From Lineus longissimus (taxonomy: Eukaryota), in contig NC_088309.1 in assembly GCF_910592395.1 (NCBI RefSeq), forward strand, positions 22,833,923-22,897,922: a DNA stretch of 64,000 nucleotides, read 5' to 3'. A model generated the notes under the pieces. The model was not told the DNA's origin, did not search any database, and saw nothing but the letters and a program-made list of their open reading frames with translations. The translations under genes and the position numbers were made by a program. Of this stretch, positions 29,701 through 40,889 are shown one piece after another. How positions within the stretch are numbered: the first letter of the stretch is position 1; the number at the start of each line of letters is the position of its first letter.

Positions 29701-32700
29701 GAATACAACCAAGACAAATTTCACTGTTCAGAGGACGATGGGAGATGTGGGTGATATTGAGGTAAGGGAGTTGCTTGATGTTTTGGTTTAGGAAACATTT
29801 TGATAACATCCATTTTGGTGTCCCTGTGATTTAAACATTTAAGTTTCATGTCCATAACCTTGCTGTCTCTTTATCTTATCTTATTATGAACTGCATATTT
29901 CAGGCTGTCTGGGGTATCTACTCTGACTCCGGTACCAACCTACCAAGTATGCATGACCTTCTCTTCTTGGGTACTGTCCCGACGTCGGTGAAGGAAGTAG
30001 CCACCAAGAGAAGACTTGGTACTGGCACGGTTGTGCTGCAGTTTGAGGCCACAGCTGGTGAGTACAAGATTGGCAAAACGAACACACAAGCAGACGGCAC
30101 TTCACGGTGATGCACAACCACATGTCGGTAAAATCTTCACTCCTTTTCCAATCACATATTGCTTTTGCTGTGAATTTACTGACAGCCATCAAGAAATGAT
30201 GCATGGTCGTGCTGCAGTTTGAGCCGAAGGTGGGCTAACAAAAGCACAAGCAGATGACACGTGCTGATGATGCCCATAATTTGGTAAAGTCTTCACTCAT
30301 CATCCTTTTCCATTCACTTCTACCTTTGCTATGTCTTTGTCTATGTTGCAATAAATGCATGTAATATCAAGACAGACCTGAAGATGATTCTGTAACATAC
30401 TCGATTTAAATTAGATGATTTCACTTAAAACAGTCCAAATGACTTCATATTGCACACACCATTTCACCTGCACAGTTTATTTTCTTGGGTGGGAAGTGTA
30501 TTAATTTCAATAACTGGAGGTACATGTACATGTACTTGAATTGAATGACAGCAGCTTCCTTTAAACCATTAATGCCAGGCTGTCTCTTAGTATTCGACTA
30601 CCTGATTAATGTTATATGTCTCACCTTTGAAATGCTAAACCAAAACAGTCATGAAAGTTAACTTCAGCATAAACTCTGTAGTTGCATCCACTCTCCATCG
30701 CTTTACATACAAATTTTAGGTTCATGGGTCTCTGTACCGGCTGCGCATCAGCCGTCTCCTGCAGACATCACATCAGGCTTCAGCATCAGCGCGTGGATTC
30801 AACCAGCTGGCGCGACAGATGGGTTCATCGTAGCAAAGACATCACCCAAAGGAGACCGGGTCTATTACGGCTTGAAGGTCAAGACTCAGAAGGTTGAGCC
30901 ATTGACTACGATTGACTTCAGATATGCTTTGAAGGGGAATCAAGTAAGTCAGTTAGCATTGAATCTGAGGCTTTGCTCACTGTTTTCAGCGAGAAGGGCA
31001 GATAGGTTTAAAATCACCTTTGGACATGTTTTTAAAAGGATGTTAAAAAAACAGTTTTATTCAGAAATCATTCAAGTAATATCAGACATCCCAGAGTCAT
31101 TTGAATCTTCGTACAATCCACCCATATGATTTGAACTCAGGACTTGCAACCAAAAAGTATCCATGGGCAAGGAAGTTCTAATTACTCTTGGAGGTGAAGG
31201 TTCCTTTCTTCTTAGTAGCGACATTTGTTTCATTCTAGGACAGTCAGAATGCACCAATCAAGGTGACTGGTAAAGCTCTTGATGATGGAACGTGGCACAG
31301 CATCCTAATCACAGTCGATAGTGGTTACGTGGGAGTCTACCTGGATGGTGTCAACATTGGAAACACGTAAGTATGCTTCACCATCTCTTTTATGACCTTG
31401 AGCAAGTCAGTAACCTCATCCATTAATTATTGGTGTTGAAGTTAGATTCCATTTCCCTGAGAGTCCAATGATGGGCCAGGTCAAGCAAATGACAATCAGA
31501 TATCTCCTTGAGATACAGCAGGTGAGGGGACCAATGCGCCTGCCAGAGCCTTTGCTCTCCTGGTATTAAAGGCAGAGCAAGGCAAAGAATATTTCACTTG
31601 TCAATATACTTGGTTTGTTGTTTACCTTTTCAGTCAACTTGGTGACAAGCAAACGGAGGATCTACCAGGAAACCTGGCTGTTGGCGCTCTACCGTCTGGT
31701 GCTGAGGCCTTCAAGGGACTGATGCAGGATGTTATAGTCTATAGCAGGAAGCTTGAGCCAGGGTGAGTTGGTCCAAATGATTTTTCATTTGTTCACTCAT
31801 TAATCCACTGATCATCTAATACTCTTGAAAATGTGCTTCTTTGAGAAATTACAGAGAAACAAGCAGGCGTTGAAGTAGAACTGAGAGATGAGAGAATGGT
31901 GGATTGGTGACTTAACGTGTCTGCCTGTATGTCTGCAATCGGTAAATCGATGGCATCACACCTCCAAGATGGTCAATTCAGGCGAGATTTTTTATTTTCA
32001 GTGAAATCAAGGAGATATTTGAAACACCCTCTCGTAAGGATGTAACCCCTTTGTCAGGATATCTCCGCTTCCCTGACAAGATGAGACAGGCCTTCATCCA
32101 CTTTTCATCCCTGGATGATGCAGTGGAAGAGAACAATGAAGTGTTCAGTGTCAGGTTGATCTCTGCCAAGGGAGGGGGACGTGTGTCGACGAATGATTAC
32201 GCAGGCATTCTTAAAGGTAGGGGGTAACAAGCAATGAGCCAAGTCAGATATCAAAGTGCTCAAACCCATGATATCCAAATTATGAGCTGACACTTTAACC
32301 ACAAGATTATGCTAAAGATTAAAAGGGAGCTTGGATCAGTATCTGAATGAGATTCAGCCCCTATTTTGCCAATTCTGATTTTGTCGATTGCATCGATTGC
32401 ATTAAAAATCTCTTTTTTTTTCAGTTCTGAAAAGTGACAATGCAAATGGGCTATTTGGGTTCAGCAGTGGCTGCAAACCGACTGTTGCCACAACTGAGAA
32501 CATCACCTTTAACTGTGACGTAGACAGAAGGAGAGGGAACCATGACACTGTTACAGTGAAATGGAAAATTTATCAGATGGTTAATGATGCCTTGGTCAAG
32601 GCAAGTGCAGACTTTGTCCAGTCAAGTGGAGAGGTGATTTTCAAGCCTGGCGACAGACAGGAGGTGGGTATATACACAATGTCCTAATCAATTTGCTGTC

Positions 32701-33469
32701 ATCCGATTTAAAGCTGTATACTTTTGAAGGTTACCATGCCATACTCAGTCAGCCGAGAAAATATCAAATAATTAACATTAGATAATTTCAGAAGAATGAT
32801 ATTTCATCAATTGTCACTTTTCAGGTGTTGAGCTTTACCCTGAAGGATGACACATTGCCAGAACTTGAAGAAAGGTTCACCGTCAAACTGGAATCTGTCT
32901 CAACTGCTGATGGTCTCATAGGCACTACCAATATCAGTGGAGCTAGTATCGATGCAAAGGCTAATATGGCGGAGATTACGGTCGGCGAAAACGACCATCC
33001 GTATGGCTTGATGGAATTTGCAACAAACCTAGTGGCACCACCTAGTGGAGTTGTAGTAAAGCCATTGATGCAGAAACCAGAGGTACGATTCTCATTCTCA
33101 CCCTGAATCATAGGGTGAACATTGACGACGATGGCTGCTTTCTAATCGTGCAAATCATTCTGTAGTTCGAACAAAGTTACTATAAGCAGACACACTAGAG
33201 AGAACAGTCTGGGCTGACGTGATATTTGCAGCTAGTTTCCTTACTCCTGATGATTTTGAAAGCTAATCCAGATACAAAAGATTGAAATTTTGTTTTATCA
33301 TGTTCATAATTATCTATCAATCATTATCTTGAAGGTTCGAGTGGCAGAGGAAGCCCGTGTTGCCACTCTCATGGTTGTAAGGGCCCAGGGCGTGGTGGGC
33401 ACTGTGAAGGTGGAGTGGCTGACCATGGAGGGCAGTGCTGTCAGCTCGGGGGCAAGTGCAGACTTTCAG
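20617..33469 (+). CDS. ADGRV1: ADGRV1 (VLGR1/GPR98, adhesion GPCR V1) ortholog: signal peptide and first 25 coding exons (Calx-beta repeats 1-9ff and pentraxin/LamG domain); gene continues beyond this model
   Basis: Exons: 20617-20787, 21181-21435, 21914-22018, 22489-22608, 23436-23564, 24051-24821, 25084-25488, 25619-25757, 25885-26099, 26363-26551, 26873-27035, 27317-27507, 27714-27837, 27986-28246, 28503-28632, 28989-29212, 29541-29761, 29904-30057, 30720-30943, 31239-31366, 31634-31762, 32001-32215, 32425-32663, 32825-33082, 33335-33469. All are GT/AG with consistent phases; the join gives a continuous ORF of about 1,800 aa. The N-terminus is MSSCLKVSLLFLVLLGPCYGQ (signal peptide). Calx-beta motifs recur (F-F...V-E--G-V-V-V-R-GG ... 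DY--G-L-F--GE--K---V-I-DD-PE--E-F-V-L), e.g. ILANDDAFGVIGFAD versus human ILSNDNAFGIISF. A LamG/pentraxin domain begins at about residue 1322 (exons 19-21: GSWVSVPAAHQPSPADITSGFSISAWIQPAGATDGFIVAKTSPKGDRVYYGLKV...DGTWHSILITVDSGYVGVYLDGVNIGNT...), as in human ADGRV1 (PTX about aa 1336). Confidence 0.85.
21181..21435 (+). CDS. ADGRV1: ADGRV1 exon 2
   Basis: Acceptor tatatttcag|TTG and donor GAT|gtaagt. Encodes LSPESDPADFEGTSLAWVFKKG...ILANDDAFGVIGFAD. Confidence 0.85.
21914..22018 (+). CDS. ADGRV1: ADGRV1 exon 3
   Basis: Encodes PSAKSVEELIGKANPVSLTVKRTQGLFGSARVAFQ. Donor CAG|gtaacc. Confidence 0.75.
22489..22608 (+). CDS. ADGRV1: ADGRV1 exon 4
   Basis: Encodes TSWNNGTLSGPSDISPTAGEIIFGENQASAILTFSILPDE. 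Acceptor tctttcag| and donor GAG|gtaaag. Confidence 0.8.
23436..23564 (+). CDS. ADGRV1: ADGRV1 exon 5
   Basis: Encodes VPEENEVYQVTLSLKSVGPTLNTASSVVEIIIVKNDAPVRFAK. Donor AAG|gtaggt. Confidence 0.8.
24051..24821 (+). CDS. ADGRV1: ADGRV1 exon 6 (771 nt, about 2.5 Calx-beta repeats)
   Basis: In frame with track ORF 24114-24950. Acceptor ccttctttcag|TCC and donor AGT|gtaagt. Contains PDTIPEYFEKFTVVL and QDTAPEVVETFKVTL Calx ends. Confidence 0.85.
25084..25488 (+). CDS. ADGRV1: ADGRV1 exon 7
   Basis: In frame with track ORF 25024-25590. Encodes SVVPRHIQLTITRSGGTIGQVQLNYT...DKAQL. Donor TTG|gtaagt. Confidence 0.85.
25619..25757 (+). CDS. ADGRV1: ADGRV1 exon 8
   Basis: Encodes VRLGLSREGTNGDATVSWSMKASGPNASLVTTGDIKPWSGQVSFTS. 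Donor TCAG|gtacgt. Confidence 0.75.
25885..26099 (+). CDS. ADGRV1: ADGRV1 exon 9
   Basis: Encodes GQKEAFIDLLVQPDTIPEIDEQLMITL...NDNPGGTFEFSAQMSGNYVLK. Donor AAG|gtttgt. Confidence 0.8.
26363..26551 (+). CDS. ADGRV1: ADGRV1 exon 10
   Basis: Acceptor tccaatttcag|GAA is the only phase-0 AG compatible with exon 9. Encodes EGGNPIYVNVTRSGGALVQRSVLY...TILTIDDNIPE and completes the Y-V-E--G-V-V-V-R-GG pattern. Donor GAG|gtaagt. Confidence 0.75.
26586..26800 (+). repeat. tRNA-derived SINE-like fragment in an ADGRV1 intron
   Basis: GGTCTAATGGTTAAGGTGTGGGATTTCTAATCTAAGGGTCATTGGTTTGATACCCAAT has D-loop-like (TAATGGTTAAGG) and T-arm-like (GGTTTGATACC) boxes. Confidence 0.35.
26873..27035 (+). CDS. ADGRV1: ADGRV1 exon 11
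   Basis: Encodes IDNLFELKLESYNLAVASTPAVIGDNSLINITILANDDPEGVIVFNKSALVVPV. Donor A|gtaagt. Confidence 0.8.
27317..27507 (+). CDS. ADGRV1: ADGRV1 exon 12
   Basis: In frame with track ORF 27238-27513. Encodes SESKGSTITTAEVDVLRTRGTFKKVTVDWKVVKNTSDLTPMSGTVTFENRQSKATINIMTLADE. Confidence 0.85.
27714..27837 (+). CDS. ADGRV1: ADGRV1 exon 13
   Basis: Encodes IPEDTETFSVELSNPTNGAKIGKPASAQVVISKNDDAIYFK. Donor AAAG|gtgagt. Confidence 0.8.
27986..28246 (+). CDS. ADGRV1: ADGRV1 exon 14
   Basis: Encodes APASVDIQETEGVKFTVVRDSDAKQVAKVKYRTVNGTASGGLDFVPIDGAQLTFAVGEKEKQIEIQILNDKLPEPNETFFVELYDAE, a textbook Calx-beta. Confidence 0.85.
28503..28632 (+). CDS. ADGRV1: ADGRV1 exon 15
   Basis: Encodes GDVVVFGATKATVRILSNDMAGGVFKFTAPLSEDAKEGSPTSF. 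Donor AA|gtgagt. Confidence 0.8.
28989..29212 (+). CDS. ADGRV1: ADGRV1 exon 16
   Basis: Acceptor ttatttttag|T gives the correct phase. Encodes NVIRDIAQFGSVAVFWEIYSISSNTFNPNGTDFDNMRGSVVFKEGEKVKALTVTPKADGVPEFDEMFKIVLFNTS. Confidence 0.75.
29541..29761 (+). CDS. ADGRV1: ADGRV1 exon 17
   Basis: In frame with track ORF 29477-29791. Encodes VISDDVDNLQASLAKTDLTVNLTIKMNDDPHGVLGFPVTSKERDVAEDYYPGFKNTTKTNFTVQRTMGDVGDIE. Confidence 0.85.
29904..30057 (+). CDS. ADGRV1: ADGRV1 exon 18
   Basis: In frame with track ORF 29886-30110. Encodes AVWGIYSDSGTNLPSMHDLLFLGTVPTSVKEVATKRRLGTGTVVLQFEATA. Donor G|gtgagt. Confidence 0.8.
30185..30300 (+). repeat. local ~120-bp duplication of the exon-18 3' end plus the intron start (pseudo-exon fragment)
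   Basis: 30185-30300 (ggtcgtgctgcagtttgagccgaaggtgggctaacaaaagcacaagcagatgacacg...ggtaaagtcttcactcatcatccttttccattcac) parallels 30030-30150 (ggttgtgctgcagtttgaggccacagctggtgagtacaag...acacaagcagacggcact...ggtaaaatcttcactccttttccaatcac). Confidence 0.6.
30720..30943 (+). CDS. ADGRV1: ADGRV1 exon 19 (start of pentraxin/LamG domain)
   Basis: Encodes GSWVSVPAAHQPSPADITSGFSISAWIQPAGATDGFIVAKTSPKGDRVYYGLKVKTQKVEPLTTIDFRYALKGNQ. Confidence 0.85.
31239..31366 (+). CDS. ADGRV1: ADGRV1 exon 20 (LamG/PTX)
   Basis: Encodes DSQNAPIKVTGKALDDGTWHSILITVDSGYVGVYLDGVNIGNT. Confidence 0.85.
31634..31762 (+). CDS. ADGRV1: ADGRV1 exon 21 (LamG/PTX end)
   Basis: Encodes QLGDKQTEDLPGNLAVGALPSGAEAFKGLMQDVIVYSRKLEP. 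Confidence 0.8.
32001..32215 (+). CDS. ADGRV1: ADGRV1 exon 22
   Basis: Encodes GEIKEIFETPSRKDVTPLSGYLRFPDKMRQAFIHFSSLDDAVEENNEVFSVRLISAKGGGRVSTNDYAGILK. Confidence 0.8.
32425..32663 (+). CDS. ADGRV1: ADGRV1 exon 23
   Basis: Encodes VLKSDNANGLFGFSSGCKPTVATTENITFNCDVDRRRGNHDTVTVKWKIYQMVNDALVKASADFVQSSGEVIFKPGDRQE. Confidence 0.8.
32825..33082 (+). CDS. ADGRV1: ADGRV1 exon 24
   Basis: In frame with track ORF 32825-33106. Encodes VLSFTLKDDTLPELEERFTVKLESVSTADGLIGTTNISGASIDAKANMAEITVGENDHPYGLMEFATNLVAPPSGVVVKPLMQKPE. Confidence 0.85.
33335..33469 (+). CDS. ADGRV1: ADGRV1 exon 25 (last exon identified; Calx repeat continues beyond)
   Basis: In frame with track ORF 33290-33565. Encodes VRVAEEARVATLMVVRAQGVVGTVKVEWLTMEGSAVSSGASADFQ. 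Donor CAG|gtagga. Confidence 0.75.
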
Positions 33470-36400
33470 GTAGGACTACTAGGTTTTTCTTTCAAAACAG
33501 GTTTAAAGGCTGGTACCTCCTTTATTGCTATTGTTCATTGTTGCTCATTGACCAATCTGGAATGATGAGTCAAATGCCCATTATGCTGTGATGAATCTTC
33601 TGCCAGTGGACAACTTTCAATAGGATAAGAGTTGTGAAGTTGTTAGTATACAGACAGAGATGAACATTTCAAATCTTATTTGCCAGATCAGAAGTTCTGG
33701 TATACTGGGCCTTTAAGTAATCACCTTCGTGAGTTTGATCCAGACACATGTCAAGTCAGATGATAATGTGCCAGATTCCTTTCAGTGCTTGGATTTATAT
33801 CGTATCATTTGTAACTTCATCATTACTAGAACTTTCCTGATCATTGTATAGATGGCAATCATCATTACAGTGCTCATATAACTTGTGAACAGCACTTCAC
33901 ATTTTAGTAGTTTACAATCATAATGAAAGTAATGTCATTTTTGCGTTTGTGTTCCCCTTAAGTTTACTGGCATGTACCATTCCCTCAGTTCATCTGGTTT
34001 ATGGTCACATTGCACTTCGATCATGTCTTGCTCAGAAGACATAGTAGCTGTATTAGTTGCCAAGTCATCATCTTGGGTCTCTCAATGATAGATGTAGTTT
34101 CTGCCTTCCAATCAAAGTGAACGTCCCTTGGTGTATTAATCAATTCAGTTTTCAGTCTTACTGTTCCCGCATTGCCCGTACTTTATGCTTTAATGTCAAG
34201 AATGTGTTGAGACATTCACGTAACCCCAAAAGCTTTCAGAAAGAGATTGATGTACTTTTGCACCCTGTTAAGCTGTTCTGACAACCAAAATGACAGATCG
34301 AATGGCATGGCTTCAATTTGCAAATTTCAGATTAGCCATCAATTAGTGCTCAGAATACTTGAGTAGCAATGGCTGGTAACTGGTTGTTCATGCAACTGGT
34401 TTCAAATATCAAACCAATATCAAAGGGTTTCTGTTTCTATTGTGAATTAGTAATTTATGTTCAAGCCTCAAGGCTGAAATCAGCCTCCAAGACTCACTTT
34501 TGAGCTAATACCCTGAAGGTTATGGCCTCCCGTTGAACTTTCATATTTCTAGAATATTTCTCTGACCCATTCTATCACTGGAATCTGAAAAGAGCCATAC
34601 AGGTCGGCTAGAGATTTCATAAGGTATGTTCAGTGGGGTGGCAAGACTTGTCATGCAGTAGCAATATAGGTACAATGTATGAGGTTACCCCAGTAAAAAC
34701 CACAGGTTCTGAAAGGAGATTTTAGAAGATGAAACAGAAAACAGGACACCTCAGATGTTTGAAGAAAGTCTAAAAAGCTTTCTGGTTTTTATTAAATGCT
34801 GATAAAACGAAATTGAAATTGTAATGAATTGTCTTGTTTACATTGACAGAATTCCGCTAGTAATCTTCTTCTGGGTCACTGCACTGGCAAATCGAATCCA
34901 CGTACACTAAAATTGGAAGATGGGCATGCGGTCGATTGCTAACGATCATTAACTATCAATGAGATGTCAGTTTGTACGCTCGAGTTATTAGGGTCGTTGA
35001 CATTTTTCACGCGTACGAGATGTGCAAGCTCTGACACCTTAGACCATCAGTTAATTCGATCGTTCCTCAGAGTTGCCGCGTTCAATTAAGAAATATGCCG
35101 GTCTTGTCAATCATGTCCATTAAAAGATTAATGACTCTTAAAGGTGATGAACATCTTTTCTTTCTGAACTCTGGTACATATCACAGATCACAGACAGTCG
35201 TGGTGAAAATGTAAGCCAGAACTGAAGTTACCTTCCTCAAGAGCTCTTGAACCAGTATGTAGACAATCTTACCATGCCTTTAATATTACAGTTCAATAGG
35301 AGATAATAACTGACTTAATACAAACCATATTGGATTGCCAGGTCTGAAATTCTTGTTCAAGAGATTAGTTCCCTCTCTTGTGCAGATCCATCAAATGAAA
35401 ATTCTTATCCATAAAAAACCTCAACCTAGTTAACTGCATTAACGATGTAATCAAATTTGAATAAACTTGACTAGATTTTATTGGTTCTTCATTGCGGTAG
35501 TAGTCCCATGATGCTGCAAATGTGATGGTCGTGTTTTTTGTAATTGCTGAACAGCATGTGCGGCATGCAATAATGTGAGACACCATCACATGAGGTGCGG
35601 GATTCAGTTTTTAGATGATCTGGATCTTGTTAGTATCTGTAACTTGCTGTTCGCCGTTCTGTCTGCCTGTCTTGTCTTCTTACGTCTTTCTGGTTGTCTC
35701 AGGCACCACACTTCTCAAAATCCAATCTAGGAACTTCAAACCAGATCAGGTCTCACGACGAATTGCATCCTTCTCACCATGCTATACAAGTTTTGTGGAT
35801 GTTGGCCCTTAAAAACAGCCGAAACTATGTATATGGAAAAAGAAAGAAGGCTCCTCTTCCTTTGTTCTATTTGACAATACCAAATTAGATATTGCAACGT
35901 AATATGTAGTACACCTTCTTCTGGGTGAATAATGATATTTTTCTTGCAGCTCTGTATCAATGGAAACTTGAAGATCATCATATTTCTTCATATTCCTTGG
36001 CATAAGTGATAAGAAGTGACAAATATCTTGATAAAAATATATCTAGGGCTCAGAATTGGAAGCAATATTGGGTGATTTATATTACAAACTTGGAGGGAAG
36101 TGGAGCCCCCAAGGTGGAAGACATTGACAAAAGATGAAGTTTATTATGTACACAGACGTGATGGAAGACGATCCTCAGTTAAAAGATTTCTTATAGCACT
36201 TCCACTGGCAGGTCTTTGCGCAAAGCGCTTCATTCAGAGTCTTCTGTACCAAGAACAATGACAACTTTGTCCAAGGAACAGAGCGCGAACACCGACAAAT
36301 TTCAGTGCCAAACTTGGCAGTGATTGATGGAGCTTGGTCATATCAAACTGCATGAAAAAAATATTGTCCTTGTGAAGTGGACTTTAAGTGACCATCTGCT

Positions 36401-39400
36401 ACTGATATTGAATTCCAATACCTGGATATCGGCTGATGTGCAAGCCATGATGGAGAAGAGGAAAAAATTTAATATTCGATGAGACTGATGACTTTTCTAC
36501 CCTCATATTCACTTCGTTGATGACCCTCTGGCCCTATTGATTTCATGATGTGTTTCCAATGTATTCTTTTTCCTCATGTACTGGTCAAGTCAAGAGTAAC
36601 CAAACTTGTTGCCTGGAAATATTCTGCATCACAGGCTAGCCCATTATCAGATGCATCCTTGCTGTCCTATTCACCAGCAAATAATTAAATAGAATTTTTC
36701 AATTTCTCTTAATTCTGCCCATTGGATGACTGCAGATAAAACTCCAGATGGTAAGGTTGTGTGGATGTTAACAACACACACTGATAACACTGTACATGAA
36801 ACCTGTTCCCGGTTAATGTAACTTGCTCAGTCTCTTAGCCTTAAATTGACCATCTCTGTTGCCCTCATCACAACCAATATTGAATTCCAATACACTTAGA
36901 ACGAAACTCAACAGCCCGGCAGGTTGGGTCATCATGATGGGGATAAGATGACTTCTTTCTCCAATAAGTCATCCATACTCTGCTGGAGATGGAATTCGCA
37001 TCGGGAATACGTGAAATGATATTTGCACCAGTATAAAAACCCATAAAAGATTTCTGATAATGTCTGGTTTCAGTTCACTGGTTTATGGTCTTTCATCTCC
37101 TTTCCCACATGTGTCTCCAACGTTTGGCTTTGCAAGCATGATATATAGGGTTTGTTATAGAGAAACTGAGCACTAGTATAAAATTTAAAGAAAGAACATG
37201 GTCCTTTTGAGGGGAGGAGGGGGCTTTAAGCTTCAAGGGTGTTTTCTTGGTAGAGCGAAGCTGAAAATCCCTTCACATGAGCAAATTTTTGATATGCTGG
37301 TACAATAATGTATTCTTCAAAGAGAGCTCTAACAATCGTGCTGTGTCAGCTACATGAAACATTGGACTAATTAGACCTCTCATTATAAAGAAGCTGAGTT
37401 GGCAAGGGGTCTGAACCAATTAGTCCATGTGAATAAAGCAGGGTAGGGGGTAAGTGAGGTCACTGCTGCCTACAAGGCAATTTGACTGTCATAAAGTATT
37501 GATAATGACTTGAAACATTGATCACAGAGAAATTTGATATTCTTATTCTTAGTTATGAATTCAGGTTTTCTCTTTGAAACTGTTGAAATTTCGCGGTCAT
37601 TTTCAAAGATTTTTTCGGAAATCAGGGGCCCCAGGCTCTTCTTTCCCCCTTTGGGATTGCTGATGATGGCCTTGCCTAATTAAGTCAGTTTAAAGATTGT
37701 AACAGAATGTGTTGGTTGGACTGTGATGTGGAGCACATTAATGGATCAATCAGCTGGTGCTCGCGAGATCCTCTCGCCAGCGATGGCCGGTTGAAGGAGC
37801 TGCTGATGATGTCAGTAGTCAGTTATATTGATAAATGACACATACTTGCAAGTCATGGCAACATGTGAAGAGTTTGTCTAGTAGGACGGGGAAACTGGCC
37901 ATGTTGGATGGAGAATTAACCTGGAGCAATTAGCACTCCATGAGTTAGGGTCAAGAAAGTTTGGATCGTCACTGGAAAGTTATACAAGTTTGGTTAATTA
38001 GTGAATGAGAGTTGGATAATTAGTGAGGAATCACATGAGTTTATCTTATTAGTAAATATAATGAGAATTGGGTTAATCACTCAGACATTTCTTTGTCTGA
38101 GAGATTGCTGTGAGATACTGCAGGATTCTGTGGCAGTGTGATTACTATCTCCAGCAGACCATACAAAATATCTCCCCTATAAACTCTCAAACATGAGTTT
38201 GGTGTCTCGCAGGAAATGTATCTCTTGCTAATGGCCAATAATGTAAGCGGACGGAATCCATGGCCTTTGAACGAGAAATTTGTGTTCAGCGAACTTTTAG
38301 AGATCAATGATCTAGTAGAACTCTTACTTAAAAATTGTGTGGTGAATTTGCCGAAATACTGGAGGGTGTTGAGTGATGGACACTTAGGAGTGGAAAACAA
38401 ACTTCCAGAGAAGAGTTCTGTGCCACAGTTCTTGACAGAAGGGTGAAATGGTCTGCACCCCTTAGAAATCTGCCAAGAAATAGATTGATACTCCATAGAA
38501 GAAGTCTGAAGATCTGTGTGTACGTTACCGGTTAATTGAAGGAAGGCTTAGGTGTGTATTGAGCTAATTCAGTTTTAAGGGCACATCTTTCTTAACTCTT
38601 CTGAACTCGTCACTATTGATTTGTGTTGTCTCCTGTGCAGTTATCATGAGTTCCCAAGCCCAAAACCTGTCATGTTATTGATGTTGACATCATCAATTCC
38701 CTGGCCATTCACCAAGCTAGCAATAACATATGATTGTCAATTTCCTCTAAAAACAGATGATAATTGATTGGTGTCAAACTCTATGTACCAATGCTATTTG
38801 TAATTAACAACAGGAAATTAAATTCTGACGGAACAAAATTGAAATCGAGAAACAATTTGCTCCTGATGTGTTAAAGGCCAAGTCGTCCATAAAGTTACGA
38901 GTGGTCCACCGGAAATTGGTAATAAAGATGCCTGTGGTCCGGTTATTGGACAAGCTAGCATGATGAAACTTGGCACGTAAATCATATTTCTATACCACCT
39001 TTATGCAGCAATAGTGTTGTAATTTGAGTTTTGTATGTCCGAATGCAAGGCATGGTATTAAGAAATTAGTCTTGTGCTAGGACAAATGGTCCAGAGTGCT
39101 TATACCATGGCAGAGATCCGACATGAGAGGAAGAAAAAAAGGCATTTTACTGACAACATAACATTTATACATCTTTACTCTTAACCATTAAGTAATCTGT
39201 ATTTACATTTGATTTGATAGATTTAGACTTGACAACAACTTTAAATTAAAGCAATATACAAAGCATTTACAACAATTCTGTCCCTTATCAGTGACGGTCA
39301 TTCAGTAGTTAGCAAATCTTTGGTCATGGGAGCAGGACACTGATTTTCACCTCAGATCTGCATGAAAAACATGTTTTTCAGCAAATGCATGCCTGCTGCA

Positions 39401-40650
39401 ACTGAGTCTTGCCATGGATACCCAGAGGGCATTTGATAAAATGAAATAAAGCAACAATGAATTCTCCTAAATAGACTTCAGAAATGTGCGGGTTAAAGTC
39501 AAAGAGTCATTTCAATTTGAAATTACTGTTTGAATAACACAACATGAGAACTTACATTTCAACATTGCAACCAAGGTATGGTTATACTAACAACATGGCT
39601 GCTGAGAGCACATCTCTATCGAATGAGGTAAAGCACACTTTAGATAATATTTTTTAGCACAGTGATGTGCAGTATTTGTCACTGCAATAAAAAGATTGCA
39701 AGTCTGTGAGCAGTATCAGTGGCCATTTCTCAAATTTGTTATTACCGATAAATCTGACATTTATATGACTTTTTGCGAGCCCTGATGTCTGCCCGGATCA
39801 TGACTCGTACACACTTATTATCTTTGAGATACCCCCTTGATACAAACTATCACAAATCAATGGTCATTCCATGTAGATAAGTAGGTTAGGCAGGAATCAA
39901 ATGATGTTATAGGGGTTATAGATCTTGCCATGTCAAACTGCCCGATAATCCATCGAAACCGATTTCTTCTAATGGAAACAATATAAGACAAACTTTTCTT
40001 GACTTTTTGCTGCTGATTTATGGCCCATGGGGAAGGGTAGGTTTTTTTGATTGTGTAAGGACAAAGAGCTGAGCTTGTGTGACTGTTATAAAAAGTGGTC
40101 ATCACAGATGCCTTCAAGATACGTTCAAAGAGACAAGCATATTTTCAGCCCTATATATTCTATGTAAGACTTGGAGTTGTTTTTCTCAAAACGTCCACTT
40201 TTCAAATAGGATTTGCCATGGTTTACTTTTAACATTTAACTTACTTTGTCACTCACAATAACTCAAAGAAAATTGCCAATACACTGTACATTGAAGTACA
40301 CTAAAAATGATAAGACTAGCTTACTGCTTATAAGACTAGCTGATAAGTTGTAGCTTACATATTATAAATGTAGAAATATGGCACACAGTCTATACGTACA
40401 TTCAACATTATAGCTTGGCGCTGATGTTCTTTAAACCTATAATTAAAAAGGAGCCTTGCGAGAAAGCAAATTGAAACCTGTTGACCCTGGGATATGTGTA
40501 CCCAACAAGGACATACCCAACAGATATTTGCTGAAAAGAAAAATAGTTTAAAAGATAACACCTGCATGTTTTGACTAGATTCCATCCATATACCATTGTC
40601 CTCCCTTTCACTGTCACTCAAAGAATGTTTGAGTTCTAACTTATTTCATC

Positions 40651-40889
40651 TTCATGATCTTAGATGTCTCACAGATGAAGTTATAGGGTTCGGTGCAGAC
40701 ATCACTGATCCATGTATGGGCGTTATCACCGGGGAGGAGCATGCATTTGGTCGTTTCAGATTTTGGTGTGCCGTTCTTCCACTTGTGGAACCGGAATGGC
40801 TGCAGATGGAGTTGGGTTGCCCACATCCAGGTGTTGGACTGCACCTGGTAGTTACCGGCTGTCCACCAAGCTGTGCCGTTTGCCTTAGC
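40651..40889 (-). CDS. C-type lectin terminal exon (stop TAA 40653-40651)
   Basis: In frame with track ORF 40641-40958(-). Acceptor tttttttccagctaag| or cctttcag| at 40934. Confidence 0.6.

Noticed and set aside
38077-38496. 139-aa minus-strand ORF
   Set aside because: It is low-complexity (S/L/K rich), with no start context, homology or splice signals. It is likely spurious.
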